From Oligoflexia bacterium (GTDB lineage: Bacteria > Bdellovibrionota_C > UBA2361 > JBGSMV01): a stretch of 64,000 nucleotides of DNA. The stretch spans positions 2,286-66,285 of the forward strand of contig JAIBBU010000014.1 in assembly GCA_019694515.1 (NCBI GenBank). Reading direction: 5' to 3'. Below the pieces are notes generated by a model. It ran no database searches, was not told where the DNA came from, and was given only the letters and a program-made list of their open reading frames with translations. Below are positions 57,808 to 64,000 of the stretch, one piece after another; position 1 is the stretch's first letter, and each line of letters starts with the position of its first letter. The translations under genes were made by a program, and so were the position numbers.

Positions 57808-58320
57808 ATGAATAAAACTAACAAGAACATCACCTTCAAGGGCAACAAACTGACCGTCACCGGCACTGAGATCAGGGAAGGCCAAAAGATTCCGGCCTTC
57901 ACGGTGGTTGGAACCGATATGTCGGACATTACACTTGAGCGTTTCAAGGGCAAGACCGTCGTGATCTCTACTGTCCCCAGCCTAGACACTCCGGTTTGTT
58001 CCGTTGAAACCAAGCGCTTTAATGCTGAGGCACAAAAGCTCTCTTCGGATATCGCGATCTTAACCATCAGCCTCGATCTGCCTTTCGCACAGCAGCGTTG
58101 GTGCGGAGCGGAAGGTGTCGAAAACGTTACTGTTGCCAGCGACTATAAGTATCGGCAGGTGGGCGAAGCGCTCGGAGTATATATTAAAGAGATGGGGCTT
58201 TTAGCGCGGGCCATCTTCGTTGTCGGGAAAGACAGTGTCGTGCGTTATGTCGAATATGTGCCGGCGATTAGCGACGAGCCGCAGTACAGCGCTGCGCTAG
58301 AAGCCGCTAAGACCGCCTAA
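57808..58320 (+). CDS. tpx: Thiol peroxidase (atypical 2-Cys peroxiredoxin Tpx)
   Basis: [16 protein letters not shown] (peroxidatic Cys) and [11 protein letters not shown] (resolving Cys). 170 aa. Confidence 0.93.
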   Translation: MNKTNKNITFKGNKLTVTGTEIREGQKIPAFTVVGTDMSDITLERFKGKTVVISTVPSLDTPVCSVETKRFNAEAQKLSSDIAILTISLDLPFAQQRWCGAEGVENVTVASDYKYRQVGEALGVYIKEMGLLARAIFVVGKDSVVRYVEYVPAISDEPQYSAALEAAKTA

Positions 58321-61040
58321 GCCGGGTTTCCCGTCAGGGATTGGGCGTTAGGGCAGAGGCGCGTCAGGGTGTCTCTGACCCGGCCGACCTCATCGCCGAG
58401 CGGAACAAATAATTTGAGAGCCTGATTAAGGTTGCCCGCTTTTGCAGCGCTTTCGATAAGACTCGATTGCTCGGCTGCATTGGCGGCCGAAACATTCGAA
58501 AGTGAACCTTTGAGCGCATGTGCGGCTCTGGCGATCGCCGCAATGTCCTTAGCTGTAACGGCCAGCTTTAGATTGGCATATAGAGTTTGGTGTTCGTCCA
58601 AAAACGCCTGTGCGATTTCGCTGATGATTTCTATATCGAAAGCAAAACGATCGAATAATTCCGCCGCGTCGACCGCGCCATCATCGCCTCCTAACCCCTC
58701 CCCTAATTTAATTTGCGGAGCAGTTTCCTTGGCAACTTCGTGGCCTAAATCGGGGAAGAGCTCCTGAATTACCTCGGAAAGCTCCTTATGATCGATCGGC
58801 TTTGCCACCCAGGTGTCCATTCCGGCATCCAAGAAATGCCGCACGCTGGAGTCGGAGGTGTTGGCGCTGAAAGCCACCAACGGCACATGACGGTCGGGAT
58901 CGGCCGCACGTTCCCGATCGCGAATTAATCTGGCAGCCTCCATGCCGTCCATCTCAGGCATTTGAATATCCATTAAGATCAGATCGACGCGCTTCGGTTC
59001 GGGCTGCGGCACTGAGTTGAAATGGCCATTTTGATCTAGAAACTCGAGGGCTTTCTTGCCGTTTACAGCAAGAGAAACTCTGTGACCCCACTGCTCCAGC
59101 AGCGCCTTTACCACGGTGCGATTCACCAGCGTATCGTCCGCGACCAGCACATGCAGTTGTTTGCTAGCGGCCTGTGCCAGCGCGTCATCGGAGCTTGATA
59201 TGTCCGTTTCCAGGATCGGTTTAACCTCGCAGTCAATTTCCTTCGACGCTTGCTGTGCAGCTTTGGGCAGCGTGCCCAGCCTTAGGATAAAATGAAAAGT
59301 TGAGCCTTTACCCGGGGTGCTTTCTACCCAAACCCGTCCGCCCATCAATTCGACTAACTGCTTGGTAATGGTTAGCCCCAGACCTGTTCCGCCGTAACGT
59401 CGGGCCGTTGATCCGTCGGCCTGCGTAAAGGGTTCGAAGATCGAACTAAGCTTGTCCTGAGGAATGCCGATGCCGGTATCGCTGACAGCCCCATGCACTT
59501 CGCATGTTTCGCCCTCGCTCTCGCGTTCCAGCGCAAGCTCAAACCGCACTTCGCCCTTCTCGGTGAACTTAATCGCGTTGCCAACTAAATTGAAGATGAT
59601 CTGTTTAATGCGGAGCCCATCGGCCCGCACAAGCGCGGGCAGCTGCGCGCCGATTCTGCAACTCAACACCAGTCCCTTCTCGTGCGCCCTAATAGCGATC
59701 GTTTTTAAGGCCTCGAGCGTTGCGGCACGCAGATCCAGCTCTTCCGGATCAAGAACGATCTTGGCAGCTTCAAGTTTGGAAAGATCCAGGATCTCGTTGA
59801 TGATCTGGAGCAGGGACTGGGCCGAGGTCTTGACGATATTCAGCGACTCTCTACGCTGCTGGGACTTCTCGACATTCAACATTACCTGGGTCATTCCGAG
59901 AATTCCGTTGAGCGGGGTCCGGATTTCGTGGCTCATATTAGCGAGAAACTGCGTCTTGCTTTCGGCTGCAGCTTCAGCTGATTCCTTGGCGGAGGTAAGC
60001 GCGGCCTCAGAAGCTAAGAGCGCTTGAAAGATCCGCTTGATTTCGCGGGCCAAGAAAGCAATTTCGTCGCGTCCCCCGGTATCTACATTTAGCTCCTGCT
60101 GATGCACACTGGAGATCTTCTGGATTTGCCCCGTAAGCTTGATCAATCTACGGAGCACAATTCGCTCCATCAATAACAGGGTAACGGCTAAAATCAGAAT
60201 TGAGGCGAAAGCTGTCACCAGCAGCAAGGAGTTTTGTGTTTTGGTGCCCTCTCGAAATATTTGCCGCGGCTTTTCTACGCTTAGCAGCATCGCCGGGGCA
60301 CCGTCGATCTGCTTGATGAACGTCGTACCTTGCAAGCGATTTTCATCTAACTCTTCGATTAGCGGCGTCTTGTTGGCTTGAATTTCGGTTAGTAGCTCCG
60401 GCTGCTGAACCGGATCGATCGGACTGAACTTCAGGTCGAGCTTGACCTGGCTTGCGAGGGTCGAGCGAAAATCTTCATCCACCTTGCGGATGAAGATCAA
60501 AGTGCCGCGGCTTGGTCCAGAACGTTCGGTCTGCAGGATCGCCCTCGAGCTAGCCAGCATCAGCTGCTTTGATAACAGCACAAACCCGGATTTAACCTTG
60601 TCCGGAGTCTCTGGATCGATCGCAAGATTTTCCGCGATTTGTGCCGCTAGCGGCGAATCCACCGGGTCGAGACGTTGCGCCTGCGCGTTCAAGCCTAAAC
60701 CCAGGATCAGGGAGCGGTGTTGGTCGAAGAATAAAATGTAATCGATTTCCAATCCTAAAACCGAGTCGTACAGCAAATTGGATTCGATAAATTGCTTATT
60801 GTGGTCCTTAACAAAGCGATAGGAGTCGTCCCAATAGGCCCAGTCAGAGAGTTTTACGGCGAGATGGTTGGCTTCCGCATCGATCGCTCTGCTGGCGCGA
60901 TCCAGGTCTTTAAGCATGTCTTGATGCTCAATTCGATTGAAGCCTTCGGATAGGATCGGCGTAACGATCAAACGTAAAGCTAAGACCAGAAGCAGTGCGC
61001 TGATTAGCAGAACCAGCGCGGTTTTTTGACGCAACGTCAT
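58317..61040 (-). CDS. Hybrid sensor histidine kinase (CHASE4-like sensor, HisKA, HATPase, REC, Hpt)
   Basis: The periplasmic region [12 protein letters not shown] is CHASE4-like. The H-box is [11 protein letters not shown], the G2 box GTGLGLTI, and the receiver [14 protein letters not shown]. The C-terminal Hpt is [14 protein letters not shown]. Confidence 0.9.
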   Translation of the reverse strand: MTLRQKTALVLLISALLLVLALRLIVTPILSEGFNRIEHQDMLKDLDRASRAIDAEANHLAVKLSDWAYWDDSYRFVKDHNKQFIESNLLYDSVLGLEIDYILFFDQHRSLILGLGLNAQAQRLDPVDSPLAAQIAENLAIDPETPDKVKSGFVLLSKQLMLASSRAILQTERSGPSRGTLIFIRKVDEDFRSTLASQVKLDLKFSPIDPVQQPELLTEIQANKTPLIEELDENRLQGTTFIKQIDGAPAMLLSVEKPRQIFREGTKTQNSLLLVTAFASILILAVTLLLMERIVLRRLIKLTGQIQKISSVHQQELNVDTGGRDEIAFLAREIKRIFQALLASEAALTSAKESAEAAAESKTQFLANMSHEIRTPLNGILGMTQVMLNVEKSQQRRESLNIVKTSAQSLLQIINEILDLSKLEAAKIVLDPEELDLRAATLEALKTIAIRAHEKGLVLSCRIGAQLPALVRADGLRIKQIIFNLVGNAIKFTEKGEVRFELALERESEGETCEVHGAVSDTGIGIPQDKLSSIFEPFTQADGSTARRYGGTGLGLTITKQLVELMGGRVWVESTPGKGSTFHFILRLGTLPKAAQQASKEIDCEVKPILETDISSSDDALAQAASKQLHVLVADDTLVNRTVVKALLEQWGHRVSLAVNGKKALEFLDQNGHFNSVPQPEPKRVDLILMDIQMPEMDGMEAARLIRDRERAADPDRHVPLVAFSANTSDSSVRHFLDAGMDTWVAKPIDHKELSEVIQELFPDLGHEVAKETAPQIKLGEGLGGDDGAVDAAELFDRFAFDIEIISEIAQAFLDEHQTLYANLKLAVTAKDIAAIARAAHALKGSLSNVSAANAAEQSSLIESAAKAGNLNQALKLFVPLGDEVGRVRDTLTRLCPNAQSLTGNPA

Positions 61041-61050
61041 GCGGGATTTC

Positions 61051-61452
61051 CTAGAGTTTTAGGGCGCCTTTGACTTTCTCGACCAGCGTGTCGAAACCGA
61101 AAGGTTTCAAAACGTAATCGCTTGCCCCGGCTTCGAAAGCTTCGACCACCGCCTCTTTATCAGAACTGGAGGTAATCATGATGAAGGGAACGGAGCTTAA
61201 CTCGGCATCGTTTCGCAGATTTTTCACCAGATCGATCCCCGGAATGCCGGGCATATTCCAGTCAGAGATGACTAGTCCGGTTGGTGCTTCCTTTATCTTG
61301 GCCAGCGCTTTGGTGGAATCTTCAACCTCGACGATGTTGGTGAAGCCCATCTTTTCGAGCAGCCGGCGTACGATACGGCGTGCACTTTGCACATCGTCTA
61401 TTACGACGACCCGCATTGCGGAATCAAAGCCGAATCCCTGAGTGTCGCTCAT
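61051..61452 (-). CDS. Single-domain CheY-like response regulator
   Basis: 133 aa. Motifs [16 protein letters not shown] and YVLKPF. It lies 10 nt upstream of the kinase gene. Confidence 0.9.
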   Translation of the reverse strand: MSDTQGFGFDSAMRVVVIDDVQSARRIVRRLLEKMGFTNIVEVEDSTKALAKIKEAPTGLVISDWNMPGIPGIDLVKNLRNDAELSSVPFIMITSSSDKEAVVEAFEAGASDYVLKPFGFDTLVEKVKGALKL

Positions 61453-61576
61453 TGCACGCCTCCCCTAATATTATCGAAAGATTGACGTCGAAGATTAAGC
61501 TCCAGTTACGAGGATAACTAGCTAGAAGTACGACTGTTTTCACTGAATTTTGCGGTGATGAAGCTCTGCCGCAGAA

Positions 61577-63499
61577 TTACTCCGCCTTCAGTATGCGTGG
61601 TCCGACCGGCGCAATACCGTCTGTTTGCTGCTGATTGAGGAGAAAAAGCGCGTCCTGTGCGCCAATTGTGACGGTCGTTACGGAACTTCCGTCGTTGATG
61701 GCGGCATCGCGGATTCCCCGAATCTTCCTAAATGGCCGCTCTAGGTCGAAGGTCAGAGGAACATACTCAGGATTCACGAATACGCTGCCGTAGTCGAAAT
61801 CGCGCCGGTAGACACTACTAACTCCTTGTTGGAGGCGGGCGTTATCAAACCAGAAATCTCCAACCTGCTTTGACAAGCTGAAGTACACCCGCCCGTTCGC
61901 TAAGGAGGCGTTAGTGTAAAACGAAACCTGGTATTGTTTCCAATTGGAGGTTACAGGCAGATAGATTGAGCCTAGAGTAGGACCGCCGTCGCTGCCCAAT
62001 GACACCTCAAGGCCCGGTGCGCCAGTAGTCTTGGCCCAAAAAGTAATTGAATAATATGTGTAGGCTGAGATCGGGACAGCAGCCGAAGCCAGACTGATCG
62101 CCCAAGAATATGGGGCAGCGGCTGTCACAGCGACGTGTGCAGAGCGGGATCCTTCCGGCGCTAGCTGATCAAAGGTAAGGGCGGCTTGGGCGGGCGAAAA
62201 AACGCGGAATTGCCAGTTTCCAGTAGTTCCTTCGAAGCGCCCATCGCCAACTAGAGACGAATCGTTTGCCCAGACATGCTGTTTGCGCGCGCTCTGTGGG
62301 CCACCCAGCCACCCGGTGTGCATTCCGGAGCTGCTCGATTCCCCGGTGCTCCGATCGACGGCATATTCATCGTACCACCAGTTGTAGTACGGGTAGGTTA
62401 GAATCTGGCCGGAGCTATCACCAAACACACCAAATCCTTCCCCCAGCGCCGCACTGCCTAATCCAAAGCGCACCTTTCTCAGATTGTCGGCAGCATAGCC
62501 ATTAAAGGAGTCGCTTGCCGCGCTAAAAAGAAAATTATATGCGGGGTTTCGGAACAGAAGGTCGTACCAGAAGTAACCTCCCACCGGCCGGTACATATTG
62601 CTTAACCAGGTTCCGCCGTTTTGCAGCGGAAAATTTTCCGACATCCAGCCATTTAGCTGCTGATGTAATTCGCCCTGTCCGCAATTTCCGACCAGCGCAA
62701 AATTGTTGTCTCCGATTAGAGCTCTCAGTCGATTAGCAAACACCACCTGCCCTTCCTTCCAGGCATTCAGGAAAGCCTGGCGGTTTGCAGGGTTTGAATT
62801 GTCCGTTCCAAAACCTGCCCTTTGATAGTCAAACTTAGTAGAGCCGGTTTCCATCCAATCCAGCGTGGGGCAATAGACGTCAAAAAAGATTCCATCCCAA
62901 ACACGCCGTCCATCGCCGTAGGTGCTAAGATAGATGTCTTGATACATCAACTCGGCGATGCTTTCAGCCACCGGATACCTCCAGCTTCCATTCTGACTAA
63001 CGCGGTAAGCGAAATTCACGTTAGGGGTGCTCGGATCGGCCGATCCGCCGGGCTGCAAAGCGAGAAATCCAATCCCATCCATGTCGCAGTTGGTATAGGG
63101 AGGATCTACTCCCGAGTAGCGCCGCACTGTTTTCCAAAAATGTCCGAAATACGCAGCCTCGTCGTAGCCGTTCCCGCACCAGGTGGTATTGGGCATAGTG
63201 TAGGCAAAAAGTTTCATATTGGGATTTCTGGCGCGTAGCGCCGCGGGTATATCCTTTCGCAAATCGGTCAGGGGGGTCGCGCCAAAGATGGCAAGTTGAT
63301 ACTTAGCGTAACGATCCAAGACCTCCGCATTCAGCGAACCGTCCACGTTCGTTAGCGGACGGCCGGCGCTATTGTTGCCGTGATAGATTCCTAGGCGCGG
63401 AAAGGCCAAATCACTCCCGTCGGCATAAAGATGCGCCGCGCAAAGTACGGCGCCGCAGACCGCCAATGCGATTCGGGTTACGAAGGCGAGCGTTCTCAT
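61577..63499 (-). CDS. Secreted protein: glycoside-hydrolase-like N-terminal region plus a CBM4/9-like C-terminal carbohydrate-binding module
   Basis: It has a signal peptide (AVLCAAHLYA/DG). The C-terminal ~150 aa (GRFEGTTGNWQF...YYSITFWAKT...WKQYQVSF...FWFDNARL) fit the CBM_4_9 pattern. The N-terminal assignment is weak. Confidence 0.5.
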   Translation of the reverse strand: MRTLAFVTRIALAVCGAVLCAAHLYADGSDLAFPRLGIYHGNNSAGRPLTNVDGSLNAEVLDRYAKYQLAIFGATPLTDLRKDIPAALRARNPNMKLFAYTMPNTTWCGNGYDEAAYFGHFWKTVRRYSGVDPPYTNCDMDGIGFLALQPGGSADPSTPNVNFAYRVSQNGSWRYPVAESIAELMYQDIYLSTYGDGRRVWDGIFFDVYCPTLDWMETGSTKFDYQRAGFGTDNSNPANRQAFLNAWKEGQVVFANRLRALIGDNNFALVGNCGQGELHQQLNGWMSENFPLQNGGTWLSNMYRPVGGYFWYDLLFRNPAYNFLFSAASDSFNGYAADNLRKVRFGLGSAALGEGFGVFGDSSGQILTYPYYNWWYDEYAVDRSTGESSSSGMHTGWLGGPQSARKQHVWANDSSLVGDGRFEGTTGNWQFRVFSPAQAALTFDQLAPEGSRSAHVAVTAAAPYSWAISLASAAVPISAYTYYSITFWAKTTGAPGLEVSLGSDGGPTLGSIYLPVTSNWKQYQVSFYTNASLANGRVYFSLSKQVGDFWFDNARLQQGVSSVYRRDFDYGSVFVNPEYVPLTFDLERPFRKIRGIRDAAINDGSSVTTVTIGAQDALFLLNQQQTDGIAPVGPRILKAE

Positions 63500-63597
63500 T
63501 ACCCCGCGAAATGCCTCAATCAGCTAAAATTCCAAGCGAAATTCGGTATATATAGAATCGGAGCTCCTAGGGGCCAACTTGAAACTGAAAATGGGCC

Positions 63598-63981
63598 CTA
63601 ATCCTTAGTAATCAAGGGCACTTCGCGTGCAGCCTCGTCGATCTCCGCGAGATAGATATAACGCATCAACAAGAAAGTACTTACGCCGCCCAGCAGATGC
63701 CAGATGAAATGGGTGCCCATCGGCAGCAATCGCAAAGAATCGGCATACCTAAAGTAGGCCGCGCCGCCGAAACTCAAAACCGAGCCTAAAACTAACGCGA
63801 CATTTCTCCAGCCGTGCCTGGCGCTATGCAGTAGAGCCGGCAGGATGATCATTACAGCCAGGAGCACATAGCCTGCCGTGATGCGCGCGGAATGCGGAAG
63901 CGATGAGAGCGCAATCACACTCCGCGAGATGAATATGAAGGCGCCGACCAATAACGCCGCTAGCCAGCGGCTGTGAGTCAC
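63598..63981 (-). CDS. Integral membrane protein, possibly 5'-truncated by the window edge
   Basis: The track start is GTG 63981, but the frame stays open to nt 63999 (…VYFWHG-VTHSRW), so the gene may begin beyond the window. It has 4 TM helices and the motif HFIWHLLGG. Confidence 0.5.
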   Translation of the reverse strand: MTHSRWLAALLVGAFIFISRSVIALSSLPHSARITAGYVLLAVMIILPALLHSARHGWRNVALVLGSVLSFGGAAYFRYADSLRLLPMGTHFIWHLLGGVSTFLLMRYIYLAEIDEAAREVPLITKD

Positions 63982-64000
63982 TCCGTGCCAGAAATATACA

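Noticed and set aside
59464-60027. 187-aa plus-strand ORF
   Set aside because: It is the antisense shadow inside the histidine kinase gene, with a Ser/Ala/Arg-rich low-complexity translation.

Overview
This is a chromosomal, mostly housekeeping window from a moderate-GC Gram-negative-type bacterium. Many products carry lipoboxes or signal peptides. The gene content loosely resembles Bdellovibrionota or Myxococcota-like lineages, but I cannot verify that here. The window spans the replication-origin neighbourhood, with dnaA-dnaN-recF-gyrB on the minus strand (48.4-55.1 kb). atpB-atpE lie immediately upstream of dnaA, where rpmH is usually found. Other recognisable blocks:
- a 5'-truncated dnaE2 at the left edge;
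- a minus-strand operon of a P1B-type ATPase with a TPCP motif, a cytochrome-c'-like/TPR protein, an LTXXQ-motif protein and a membrane protein (4.1-8.6 kb);
- a SCO1 plus A2-type caa3 cytochrome oxidase operon whose subunit II has two haem-c domains (11.3-16.2 kb);
- a DtxR-like regulator, yqeY and yfcH;
- a LIV-type amino-acid ABC transporter whose LivG carries an unusual hydrophobic insertion (18.2-23.2 kb);
- a small signalling and accessory patch (23.4-27.9 kb);
- a 1.8-kaa tandem-duplicated UvrA-like protein (28.0-33.5 kb);
- pterin dehydratase fused by overlap to a large membrane protein;
- an envelope cluster of a TPR protein, a cupredoxin-like protein, two DUF799-like lipoproteins and TlpA (37.4-42.2 kb);
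- icd, glmU, an orphan Flp pilin, trxB, tpx and a CHASE4 hybrid kinase with a CheY-like regulator.

I recognised no tRNA, rRNA, CRISPR array, transposase, integrase or prophage genes. The most unusual items are:
- the four-ATPase-module UvrA fusion;
- the ATPase/cytochrome/LTXXQ operon;
- the LivG insertion;
- a GTCATTGCGAGCGAAGCGAA repeat family (inverted pair at 47.5 kb, solo copy at 23.4 kb);
- a structured 300-bp intergenic region at 37.1 kb;
- a 37-aa very basic ORF coupled to the gyrB stop codon;
- an Flp pilin with a Cys-rich tail.

I found no clear-cut novel multi-gene system such as a defence island. All family assignments rest on motif recognition by eye and need HMM or BLAST confirmation.
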